64,000 nucleotides of DNA from a virus, in IMG/VR virus record IMGVR_UViG_3300022602_002721, positions 7,688 to 71,687 of that record. One strand, given 5' to 3'. Shown piece by piece: positions 35,951 through 44,072 of this stretch. The position numbers and the translations under genes were made by a program. Each line of letters opens with the position of its first letter. Position 1 is the first letter of the stretch. Below the pieces are notes generated by a model, which was given only the letters and a program-made list of their open reading frames with translations, ran no database searches and was not told the DNA's origin.

Positions 35951-36970
35951 ACCTACGAAGTGTTGTAGGATTTCGTAGTGGTCTTCAAAGCAGTCTTCCG
36001 ACTTCACTTCAGCTATAGGCACCCACCGAGCCTTTTCAGCGTCATCACTTCCTTTTACCTTAGGTAGTTCGCCGTCTGGTAATTGAATGTGAAACGCATG
36101 AGTAATAATGCGACCACGTGGACTACGGTCAATCGCATCAAAAACCTTACTGCGTACAATGCTACCTTTCAATACAGGAGCAGGTACTTTAATCTGTGTT
36201 TCTTCACGTAGTTCACGCAACATAGCATCTTCTACTGTGCGGTCTGTAGTAGCGTTTACATAACCTCCTGGCAATGCCCAAAGGCCTCGTCCTGGCTCTG
36301 CTCTACGCTTAATCAACAACACGTGACCTGATTGGATAACAACAGCATCTGCTGTGCTAAAGATTGGAGGATACTTTAGGCCAGCGTATTGCTTTTTGTA
36401 TTCAACTACAAATTCACGCTCACGAATTACTTGTTCGTATTCTGGGGTATCCTTAAATTTATCAAGGAAGTCGTATGTAGTTTGTGGTACTACACCTTTA
36501 ATAAACTTCATGTTGACATCACGCTTGAAGTATAGTTCACGGATGTCTGTAGCGTCTAAAGGCTCAAGCAATTCTACTTCTTCAAATCCCCATTGTGGGA
36601 ACATGTCTAAGTAGAATGAGCTAGGATCTTTACGGTGTCCAATAATACCAATCTTGTCGCCTGGCTTGGTGTGTTTGGCAACCAATGCCTGTACACGAAC
36701 AGCCCACGCTTGGTCGTTGTAAATGGTATCTGGGTTAGGTTCGATGCTAACAGTAAGTACTCCGCCATAACCACGAGTAGCTTCGTAAATCATATCACGA
36801 CGTTCCTGGAACGTAAACGGGTTCTTGTAAGTGCGTGGCTGATTAGCAGAGCCGCAGATAAAAACTAATTTGTCAGCGTGTGCTGTAGCACGTTGCGCCA
36901 ATAGTAAATGGGCATTATGAAATGGTTGAAAACGTCCAATGAGGACTAGGGTGTCATATTTCTTAGGCAT
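35945..36970 (-). CDS. bifunctional NMN adenylyltransferase / Nudix ADP-ribose pyrophosphatase (NadM-Nudix, NatV-like)
   Basis: GRFQPFHNAH, KNPFT..ER, Nudix box LPGG...RELREET; AAGGA RBS before MPKKY. Confidence 0.95.
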   Translation of the reverse strand: MPKKYDTLVLIGRFQPFHNAHLLLAQRATAHADKLVFICGSANQPRTYKNPFTFQERRDMIYEATRGYGGVLTVSIEPNPDTIYNDQAWAVRVQALVAKHTKPGDKIGIIGHRKDPSSFYLDMFPQWGFEEVELLEPLDATDIRELYFKRDVNMKFIKGVVPQTTYDFLDKFKDTPEYEQVIREREFVVEYKKQYAGLKYPPIFSTADAVVIQSGHVLLIKRRAEPGRGLWALPGGYVNATTDRTVEDAMLRELREETQIKVPAPVLKGSIVRSKVFDAIDRSPRGRIITHAFHIQLPDGELPKVKGSDDAEKARWVPIAEVKSEDCFEDHYEILQHFVGA

Positions 36971-36994
36971 ACAAAAATCCTTTGTATAGTTTGT

Positions 36995-37017
36995 TGCGCT
37001 GGGTCTATCCCGTTGCA
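36995..37017 (-). promoter_or_regulatory. GAUAGAC hairpin, copy before NMNAT-Nudix
   Basis: TGC-AAC-GGG-ATAGA-CCC-AGC-GCA ending 24 nt before the ATG; sigma70 promoter TTGACC-17bp-TACACT upstream. Confidence 0.6.
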
Positions 37018-37075
37018 TGATTTTATTTATGTATATAGTGTAACACCATATACAATTTAGGTCAACTACTTTTGG

Positions 37076-38068
37076 TTATTCTACCAAATTATCTTTGAAT
37101 ATTTGCCAAGCCCGTTCCCAGGTCCAACGTAAACTGCCTTTATACACACGATCTCTATCCAATTGTAAACAAGCATCTACAGCAGATTTTAGATCTTCAT
37201 TCATGAATCCTGTAACACCCTGTTCTATAACATCTTCTGGGCCTTGGCACGGGTAAGAAGCTACAGGAGTTCCGCAGGCCATTGCTTCAATCATAACAAT
37301 GCCAAATGTTTCCCATTGGCTAGGGAACACAAATACTTCTGCATTGGCATAATAACGTGCTAGATCTACTCCTGTCTTAAATCCTGTAAAATGTACGTCA
37401 GGATACTTTTTCTTATAAGTTTCTAGCATAGGTCCATCACCGACCATGATTTTTAAATAGCCAGGGTAATCTAATTCAAAGAATTGTTCAAGATTTTTTT
37501 CTTTGCTCACACGGCTAACGCACAATAGATATTTGCTAGGTAAATCTTCTCTAAGATCGGGAGTAAAGATTGAACGGTCAACACCACGTGTCCAAGGAAT
37601 AACTTCTGTATCAAAACCGTGAGCTTGTAATTCAGCGACCATGCTGTCTGTAGTGGTTAGAACTTTGCCGCTATGTTTATGGAACCAGCGAACAAACCGC
37701 CAAGTTAAAGATTCAGGAATACCAAAAAGTTTTTTAAGACCTTCAGGGAATTTAGTATGATAAGCAGTATTGTACTTCCTACCAACCAGTGAAAGATATT
37801 TTCTACTCCACAGACCAATAGGACCCTCTGTGGCGATATGGATATGATCCGGACTGAGCGCCGCAATCTTCTTGCCCACCGCCCTGGGATAGCTAATCTT
37901 AACTTCAGAGTAGCCAGGGCAATCAATGTAGCTGAAGCTCCTGGGATCAAGGTAAACAACGTTATAACCGTCCAGAACCGCACATGCTTCAATGTTCTTG
38001 TAAGTAGTGACAACGCCATTTATCTGGTCCGGTAAATTATCTGTTATTATCAGTATTGTCTTTGTCAT
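37076..38068 (-). CDS. GT4 glycosyltransferase (Agt-like glycolipid synthase)
   Basis: ITD...QINGVVTT, HIATEGPIG, YHTKFPE, RVSKEKN, ETFGIVMIEAMACGTPV. Confidence 0.88.
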   Translation of the reverse strand: MTKTILIITDNLPDQINGVVTTYKNIEACAVLDGYNVVYLDPRSFSYIDCPGYSEVKISYPRAVGKKIAALSPDHIHIATEGPIGLWSRKYLSLVGRKYNTAYHTKFPEGLKKLFGIPESLTWRFVRWFHKHSGKVLTTTDSMVAELQAHGFDTEVIPWTRGVDRSIFTPDLREDLPSKYLLCVSRVSKEKNLEQFFELDYPGYLKIMVGDGPMLETYKKKYPDVHFTGFKTGVDLARYYANAEVFVFPSQWETFGIVMIEAMACGTPVASYPCQGPEDVIEQGVTGFMNEDLKSAVDACLQLDRDRVYKGSLRWTWERAWQIFKDNLVE

Positions 38069-38816
38069 TCGCCTGCATCCATGTTACTATTTCCCAACGA
38101 CCATCGTGATGTTCTACTAAGGCTGTCATTGACTCGACCCAATCACCATCATTCATATAAGTGATGCCATCAATGTCCTTAATTTCAGCGTGATGGATGT
38201 GTCCACAGATAACACCATCAAAACCACGCTTACGACAATAGCGAACAAGATTAAGCTCAAACTGAAACATAAAGTCAGCGGCCTTCTTAACCTTATGCTT
38301 GAGAAACTTAGATAAGCTCCAATAACCAAACCCCATACGGTGACGGAGCCAATTGAACTTACTGTTAACAGAGAGTACAAAGTCATACAGTCTATCCCCT
38401 AAAAATGATAACCACGGTGCTAGTCTAGTGATACCATCAAATAGGTCACCGTGTGTAACCAAGTAATGTTTTCCATCTATACCTATGTGTTCAGTTTGGT
38501 TCGCTACTTCAATTAAGCCAAAGCCAATACCATACGGCATTAGGGGTCTTAAGAATTCATCATGATTGCCAGCGATATAAACAACACGGGTGCCACGTTT
38601 GGCATGTCCCATAATACGTCTAACCACATTAGTATGTGATTGTTTCCATCGCCACTTGTTTTGTTGTATGCGCCATGCGTCAATTATGTCCCCTACCATG
38701 TAGAGTGTTTCGCATGTGTTGTGTTTGAGAAAGTTATTGAGTTGTTCCGCTTTACAATCGCGGGTCCCAAGATGTACGTCTGAAATAAAAATGCTGCGAT
38801 AAGTTTTGAGCGTCAT
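38037..38816 (-). CDS. metallophosphoesterase, PlcP/LpxH2-like
   Basis: FISDVHLG, VGDIIDAW, GNHDEFLR, HGD.FD, CGHIH, NDGDWVES.TALVE. Confidence 0.88.
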   Translation of the reverse strand: MTLKTYRSIFISDVHLGTRDCKAEQLNNFLKHNTCETLYMVGDIIDAWRIQQNKWRWKQSHTNVVRRIMGHAKRGTRVVYIAGNHDEFLRPLMPYGIGFGLIEVANQTEHIGIDGKHYLVTHGDLFDGITRLAPWLSFLGDRLYDFVLSVNSKFNWLRHRMGFGYWSLSKFLKHKVKKAADFMFQFELNLVRYCRKRGFDGVICGHIHHAEIKDIDGITYMNDGDWVESMTALVEHHDGRWEIVTWMQANDKDNTDNNR

Positions 38817-38867
38817 GCCCATATTTATCGCAGCATAGTGATACTAAGATTAAAGTTTTGTTACGAC

Positions 38868-39026
38868 TTAGATCCTTACCACGGTCCATTTAGTATCAAA
38901 TGGTTTGCCTTCGGCGCGGTGCTTTAGTATCTTACGGAATTCTTCTTTGCGAAGTTCCATAATTGCATCTTCATCGTGTCGGAAGCAAGCCTTATACAAC
39001 TTACGAACTAATTTCGCTTGTTTCAT
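38868..39026 (-). CDS. 52-aa hypothetical protein (not in ORF track)
   Basis: AGGAGG RBS; [14 protein letters not shown]...KWTVVRI. Confidence 0.65.
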   Translation of the reverse strand: MKQAKLVRKLYKACFRHDEDAIMELRKEEFRKILKHRAEGKPFDTKWTVVRI

Positions 39027-39050
39027 AGTCTTGTCCTCCTTGAAAAATAT

Positions 39051-39911
39051 TTATGCAAAAATTTCTAATGCTGTACCACATTCTGCACAGAACTTGCTTG
39101 TGGCTTTGTTCTGTTTCCCGCATGTAACACATTTTGGTTTGGCTTTAACAGTAACAGCCTTTTCAACAGGTTTGTTATGTCCTAGGTCACCAACAATCTT
39201 TAATACGATATTATGTACTGTAGATTCTAATGCACCTACTGTAGTGCTTTGGAAACTCTGTGTACTTTTGCTACCCGGAACAGTAATACCGACATCGTTA
39301 AATAAGCAATCCATCGTAGCCATACCATCATGGGCACTAGCAGATGTTTGGATATTGTTTATAGCACAATAATCGTTCACAGCACTGGTTGCCTGTGCCT
39401 TAACACTTTCACCTTTGCTAAAGTCTGCGCCACGTAGTACGCCACCTACATTAAATGAAGTAGTTGATCCAGAGGCTGTGATATTACTATACTTAACATC
39501 GTTCCAAAACTGTTGTTTTTGCCAATCAGGTAATTGATTAACTTGGAACACAGGGCGTGGTAGTTCAAACTGATATTCAACACGGATAAGACCGTCTTCT
39601 AATTTGATACCACGTGGACCATCTTCAATAGCCTGTGTACGTTCGATGAACTTAAACTTGTTACCTTCAGAGAGATTGCCGTTTTTAATCCAACGCTCTA
39701 AGTCGACACTACGACCCGGGTCTATGACCAATCCGCCAGGAACAGCATTCTCTCCGTCGATAAACACATTTACGACAGCACGTACAGTATTGAGATTTTT
39801 GAGTAAGATGCTATATTCGCTAGCAAATGGAATATAGACTGTATCCTTAAATTCACGAAGGATCTTGCCTTTTGACTTAATAGAGGCGACTAGTTTTTGA
39901 TTATACATCAT
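39051..39911 (-). CDS. hypothetical protein with C-terminal double zinc ribbon
   Basis: CVTCG...FCAECGT; AAGGA RBS. Confidence 0.8.
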   Translation of the reverse strand: MMYNQKLVASIKSKGKILREFKDTVYIPFASEYSILLKNLNTVRAVVNVFIDGENAVPGGLVIDPGRSVDLERWIKNGNLSEGNKFKFIERTQAIEDGPRGIKLEDGLIRVEYQFELPRPVFQVNQLPDWQKQQFWNDVKYSNITASGSTTSFNVGGVLRGADFSKGESVKAQATSAVNDYCAINNIQTSASAHDGMATMDCLFNDVGITVPGSKSTQSFQSTTVGALESTVHNIVLKIVGDLGHNKPVEKAVTVKAKPKCVTCGKQNKATSKFCAECGTALEIFA

Positions 39912-39998
39912 GGTTCTTCCTTTTTAAGGTACACACTCTAAGTACCTAGTTATTAAAGAGTGTTAGTTGTAGCACCATGCTACAAATTTATTTATATG

Positions 39999-40283
39999 CT
40001 AGCGTACAATGCCAAAAATTTCACTTTCAACTAGCATGAATAATTCTTCACCGTCAACTTTTACAGGAAGCCCTGCACCTTTGGTAAAGACGATTTCATC
40101 ACCTGATTTAACTGTAGTTTCAACAAACTTGTTGCCAACTTGTTTACCAGGACCTACAGCAACTACTGTACCTTGGTTTGTCTTTTCTAATGCAGATGGT
40201 GCAAATACAATACCGCTTTCTGTTTCTTTTGCAGCGGCTTCACGTCTTACTAGGACTCTGTCATGTAACGGTAAAAAACTCAT
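39999..40283 (-). CDS. groS: co-chaperonin GroES
   Basis: PLHDRVLV, T.SGIV, G.VVAVGPG, VK.GD, ESEI.GIV; ends in TAG. Confidence 0.95.
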   Translation of the reverse strand: MSFLPLHDRVLVRREAAAKETESGIVFAPSALEKTNQGTVVAVGPGKQVGNKFVETTVKSGDEIVFTKGAGLPVKVDGEELFMLVESEIFGIVR

Positions 40284-40362
40284 ATTATTCCTTTAACAAG
40301 ATTAATAAAATTCAAATGTTCTGCACACTTGACACAAATTGCATTGTAACGTGGTCCGCCAG

Positions 40363-40596
40363 TTACACTGATAGCCCACCAGAGTTGGGGCCACTACCCA
40401 TCGCAGCCACAGCCGCACTTGTTGGCATGTCCAAATCAAGTTCATGAAACTCAAGATCGGGATCTGCGGCACTCAGTGCTTGCTTACGAGCATCACGATC
40501 TGCCTCACTTGCAAATGCCTCGCACGGAGTATAAAAGGTGTTCCATTCTCCACGAGTGCCGTTGTGATCATAAAACAAGATATAGACTTTAGACAT
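40363..40596 (-). CDS. hypothetical protein
   Basis: AAGGA RBS. Confidence 0.65.
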   Translation of the reverse strand: MSKVYILFYDHNGTRGEWNTFYTPCEAFASEADRDARKQALSAADPDLEFHELDLDMPTSAAVAAMGSGPNSGGLSV

Positions 40597-40607
40597 TTCA
40601 GTTTCCT

Positions 40608-40760
40608 TTAGTCTGCTAATTTAATATTTAAAACTACTAGTGCGCCATTAATAGCGGCCCATACATAATCGCCTTTGGCCAAATTATCCAAGCAGGCCAA
40701 CGCACACCAACCTGCGATAAAAAAACTTATTTCTCTTTGATGATATTTAAACCAGTTCAT
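40608..40760 (-). CDS. 50-aa two-TM membrane protein (not in ORF track)
   Basis: MNWFKYHQREISFFIAGWCAL...; ATGA overlap. Confidence 0.6.
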   Translation of the reverse strand: MNWFKYHQREISFFIAGWCALACLDNLAKGDYVWAAINGALVVLNIKLAD

Positions 40761-41227
40761 TCTTCTTCCTCGTAAAGTTGACTTTGGAAAAAAGTCAGTT
40801 GATCAATCATTTGCTGGCAACCAGCCTTGTTCATGGTGATTTCTGTATAACCCATGTTAAACGAAACACGGTTGTTATCAGTTAATCCCAAACGATAATA
40901 AATTTTTGCAGGTTTTTCTTTTTCAGGTGCAGGTGTAGGTTCTGGATCTACAAGTTTAGGTTTTGGAAATTCTACCAATTTAGGATCCTTTTTCTTAAAA
41001 AAATCAAACATAGTATTCTCTTTCATGTTAAGCCGGCGAGCCAGCGGATTACATACTAACGGTAAAGCAATTATACACAACCATCCAAATTGAATCAACT
41101 CAATTGGCGCAAATTTTTCAACAAAAATTGAATACATTGCCACATTAAAGTAAATGGCACTACAGTAAAAGAGCCAATATCCACCGCTAGGTTGCCAGAT
41201 AATCTTTTTAACTATTTGCCAATTCAT
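40757..41227 (-). CDS. hypothetical membrane protein
   Basis: Two N-terminal TMs; possible internal start MFDFFKK. Confidence 0.65.
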   Translation of the reverse strand: MNWQIVKKIIWQPSGGYWLFYCSAIYFNVAMYSIFVEKFAPIELIQFGWLCIIALPLVCNPLARRLNMKENTMFDFFKKKDPKLVEFPKPKLVDPEPTPAPEKEKPAKIYYRLGLTDNNRVSFNMGYTEITMNKAGCQQMIDQLTFFQSQLYEEEE

Positions 41228-41328
41228 GCTATCGCCAACATAAAGATAATGACTGCCGCAATAGGATGGCCAAACAATAAGGCCATCATTGCGAGTATAG
41301 TTCCAAAGAATGTCTTATCGCTTGACAT
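41224..41328 (-). CDS. 34-aa hydrophobic peptide (not in ORF track)
   Basis: MSSDKTFFGTILAMMALLFGHPIAAVIIFMLAIA; fills the gap, ATGA overlap. Confidence 0.55.
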   Translation of the reverse strand: MSSDKTFFGTILAMMALLFGHPIAAVIIFMLAIA

Positions 41329-41329
41329 A

Positions 41330-41779
41330 TTACTTGTCTAACGGATAAGTCATTACGATAACACGTGGTTCAATGTACTGTGGTTCGACCTTCTTGTTAT
41401 GAGGGTTTAAACAAAGTACCCAAGTACCATCTGCACTCGCAGGAGTATACAAGCCGTTTGGATCAGCCAACGATGGGTTGGTGTATTGTGTAGCATATGG
41501 CAAGCCATAGCCAACGCTATCGCACAGCTTAGTGAGTTGATTGTTCATACCAACGAGGTAAGTGTATGTAGGTTGCATCTTATCACGCAACTCCAACACA
41601 TCCTTCATCATACGCTTTTCAGCGAAGTTAGTGATAGCTGGCATACCAATACTTTGAGCCATAATCTTAAGTGACTTCTCTTGGTTGTCACGTTCAATTT
41701 GCTGGCTGTTACGGTAATCCTTGCCATCGCAACCTGCTAGCAAAGCAATAAGTGAAACTACAAATAGAATCTTTTTCAT
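41330..41779 (-). CDS. lipoprotein, tandem paralogue
   Basis: Lipobox LAGC; GMPAITNFAEKRMMKD, SVGYGLPYATQYTNP, ADPNGLY.PASADGTWVLC. Confidence 0.85.
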   Translation of the reverse strand: MKKILFVVSLIALLAGCDGKDYRNSQQIERDNQEKSLKIMAQSIGMPAITNFAEKRMMKDVLELRDKMQPTYTYLVGMNNQLTKLCDSVGYGLPYATQYTNPSLADPNGLYTPASADGTWVLCLNPHNKKVEPQYIEPRVIVMTYPLDK

Positions 41780-41780
41780 A

Positions 41781-42263
41781 TTATTCGCCTAATGGAATTG
41801 GTGAAACGATTACACGTGGTTCAATGTAAACTGGTTTTGGTTTACCACTCTTAGTGTCCACACACAATACCCAAGTACCATCTGCTGATGCTGGTGAGTA
41901 CAATCCATTTGGATCTGCTTGTGGAATAGTACCATAGCCGTGAGCATCACTGAATGTGCGTTGTGGGTTAGTGTACTGTGTAGCATATGGCAAGCCGTAG
42001 CCAACTGAATTACACACCTTATGCAATTTACCGTTCATATCAGCGATGTAGGTTGTAGTAGCTACGTTTTGATCACGCAACTCTAGAATATCTTTCATCA
42101 TACGCTTTTCAGCAAAGTTAGTGATAGCTGGCATACCAACTTGTTGAACAGCTTGAAGACTCATTTCTTCCTGCTTCTTACGTTCAATTTGAGTTGAGTT
42201 AGGAGCCTGATCACATGCGGCCAATGCAAATACAAAGGGCAATACCAATAGAAACTTTTTCAT
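41781..42263 (-). CDS. lipoprotein, tandem paralogue
   Basis: Lipobox LAAC; same motifs as 41330-41779. Confidence 0.85.
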   Translation of the reverse strand: MKKFLLVLPFVFALAACDQAPNSTQIERKKQEEMSLQAVQQVGMPAITNFAEKRMMKDILELRDQNVATTTYIADMNGKLHKVCNSVGYGLPYATQYTNPQRTFSDAHGYGTIPQADPNGLYSPASADGTWVLCVDTKSGKPKPVYIEPRVIVSPIPLGE

Positions 42264-42409
42264 TTACAATCCTTAATTGAGTTTTGTTGAATTTGTTGTT
42301 CGGCTACGGTCTTATGTTGCCAAAATAAAGTATCATGTCCGTTGTTGTACAAGTAAGCTTCACAGATCACATACACGGACAAGAAGATCCAAAAGCCGAA
42401 CCATTCCAT
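42260..42409 (-). CDS. 49-aa membrane peptide (not in ORF track)
   Basis: MEWFGFWIFLSVYVICEAYLY...; ATGA overlap. Confidence 0.55.
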   Translation of the reverse strand: MEWFGFWIFLSVYVICEAYLYNNGHDTLFWQHKTVAEQQIQQNSIKDCK

Positions 42410-42411
42410 TT

Positions 42412-42738
42412 TCATTTCCCTGCTTTCAAGTCGTTATAAAAGTTACGAAGGTTAGGTGGAAGTTTATCTTCTGGATAAACTGAAAAGCGATGCAACACAA
42501 TAGCACGGAGTGACTGTTTGCCTTCTGGAGTAGCGTTAATGTACTCTAGTTGCAGGTTTTCCAAATCACGTACCATACCTTCATTGTACTGTTCACTTTC
42601 GTGATAAACAGCATTATCTACAGCACGATACTTTGGTGCAAAGAAACTATAACTGGCCAGACCAAACAAGTTAAGTCCAAAACATACCGCCAGGAACAAT
42701 ACCAACGCACCAATACCTGCCAAAATTGCCTTAAACAT
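42412..42738 (-). CDS. membrane-anchored hypothetical protein
   Basis: N-terminal TM; AAGGA RBS. Confidence 0.75.
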   Translation of the reverse strand: MFKAILAGIGALVLFLAVCFGLNLFGLASYSFFAPKYRAVDNAVYHESEQYNEGMVRDLENLQLEYINATPEGKQSLRAIVLHRFSVYPEDKLPPNLRNFYNDLKAGK

Positions 42739-42765
42739 ACTTACTTCCTTTCTTTGGGTTAAAAA

Positions 42766-43017
42766 TCATGCTCCGTAGAGCTTCTTACGTTTGTCAAGAT
42801 TTTCTTGACAGGTTATACAAGTTTTACATCCTGAAACAGCAATCCTGCGAGCTTCGGGAATTTCTTCACCGCACTCTTCACAATGCGTTAGACTTGGACC
42901 TTTTCCAATTTTCTTACGCACCTCAGCAATAGCGTTCATATGTAAATGGATAGAATGAAGCTGAGCCATTTCGGCTTCTTCTTCATTGTCATAGGTAAAA
43001 TCGTCTTTTTCATTCAT
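42766..43017 (-). CDS. DksA/TraR C4 zinc-finger protein
   Basis: CEECGEEIPEARR.A..GC..CI.CQ; promoter TTGACG-17bp-TATAAT just upstream. Confidence 0.9.
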   Translation of the reverse strand: MNEKDDFTYDNEEEAEMAQLHSIHLHMNAIAEVRKKIGKGPSLTHCEECGEEIPEARRIAVSGCKTCITCQENLDKRKKLYGA

Positions 43018-43038
43018 GTGTATATTATACATAAAAGA

Positions 43039-43060
43039 AAAGGGCCCGTCAAGGCCCTTT
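43039..43060 (-). terminator. intrinsic terminator
   Basis: AAAGGGCC-loop-GGCCCTTT followed by T run; overlaps the next -35. Confidence 0.7.
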
Positions 43061-43080
43061 GGTAAAGATTCTAAATTAAA

Positions 43081-43542
43081 TTAGAAACTATACTTAGCAC
43101 CGACCAAAACTGTGTTGCCTTGGAATTTCTTCGCGGCGTCATCAGTAGCTTGGAAACGATAATCCACAGTTGCGGTTACTTTGGTTGTAACTGGAAGGCT
43201 TGCACCTAAACCAACTACGCCTGCATAACGATCGCTTGAATTCAATGTGCCATTATCGATATATGCTACACCAGCTTTGGCTGTGAAAGTAGCTGTACCA
43301 AACTTAGCAAAGTCATAACCACCTAGTAGGTTGAACTTGTTGGTGTTGCCTTTGACTTCACGTAGTGCTTCTGCTGCTACACTCCATGGGCCAAAATGTT
43401 CGCCAACTGTAAGACCGGCTGTACCATGGTTGGCTCCACCGTTCAAAAAGTCTGTACCACCTACTACACCAACTTCAACTGCTTGAGCTGTAGTTGCTAC
43501 TGCGGCTAATGCCAATAATGTTGCTAATGCAATTTTCTTCAT
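43081..43542 (-). CDS. small outer-membrane beta-barrel protein (OmpA-TM/Ail-like)
   Basis: Signal peptide; amphipathic strands; C-terminal VGAKYSF BAM signal. Confidence 0.85.
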   Translation of the reverse strand: MKKIALATLLALAAVATTAQAVEVGVVGGTDFLNGGANHGTAGLTVGEHFGPWSVAAEALREVKGNTNKFNLLGGYDFAKFGTATFTAKAGVAYIDNGTLNSSDRYAGVVGLGASLPVTTKVTATVDYRFQATDDAAKKFQGNTVLVGAKYSF

Positions 43543-43632
43543 GTTTTAACTTCCTTTTTAATATAGTGACTATAATCACTCATATAGTATATATCCAGGA
43601 TACTACTGATGTCAAGTAAATTTGGGTCAAAG

Positions 43633-43655
43633 AAAAAGCACCCGAAGGTGCTTTT
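43633..43655 (-). terminator. terminator of the tmRNA gene
   Basis: AAAAAGCACC-CGAA-GGTGCTTTTT. Confidence 0.8.
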
Positions 43656-43656
43656 T

Positions 43657-43938
43657 GGTATTTTCTGTTACGAGGTATTTCCTACCCTAGTCAGCTGTTA
43701 AGCTGCCAATGCGTAAACGTTGTCGTTTGCGTTTATAGGTTTTGCTTGATTTACAGTCATCGCCTACTGTGTTGCCGTCTTCACTATCTCACCATGTCGA
43801 AACCAGGTCATCCCCATCAAAAACACATTCTGTTACATGTCACCGTTTCGCGCCTACGGTCGAATATGTTTTTGGTGGAGATGGGCGGAATCGAACCGCC
43901 GTCCACAGCGCCTTTGATCCAAAGGAATTACAACAATT
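43657..43938 (-). ncRNA. ssrA: circularly permuted (two-piece) tmRNA
   Basis: Acceptor piece ends GGCGG-TTCGATT-CCGCC-CATCTCC-A-CCA (43873); 57-nt intervening hairpin; coding piece starts GGGGATG (43815), G3:U70 pair; tag ANDNVYALAA* at 43730-43698. Outer ends approximate. Confidence 0.92.
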
Positions 43939-43944
43939 ACTGCT

Positions 43945-43973
43945 ATTATACATTTATTTTAATAGTCTGTCAA
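43945..43973 (-). promoter_or_regulatory. consensus sigma70 promoter of the tmRNA
   Basis: TTGACA-17bp-TATAAT. Confidence 0.88.
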
Positions 43974-44072
43974 CTATGAGAGATCCATTCGCTTATCCAT
44001 GTCTCTCGCAATACGATGAGCCTCTCACGCACCCAAATTACTACGTAATTATACAGCGAACAGCACTTGTAT

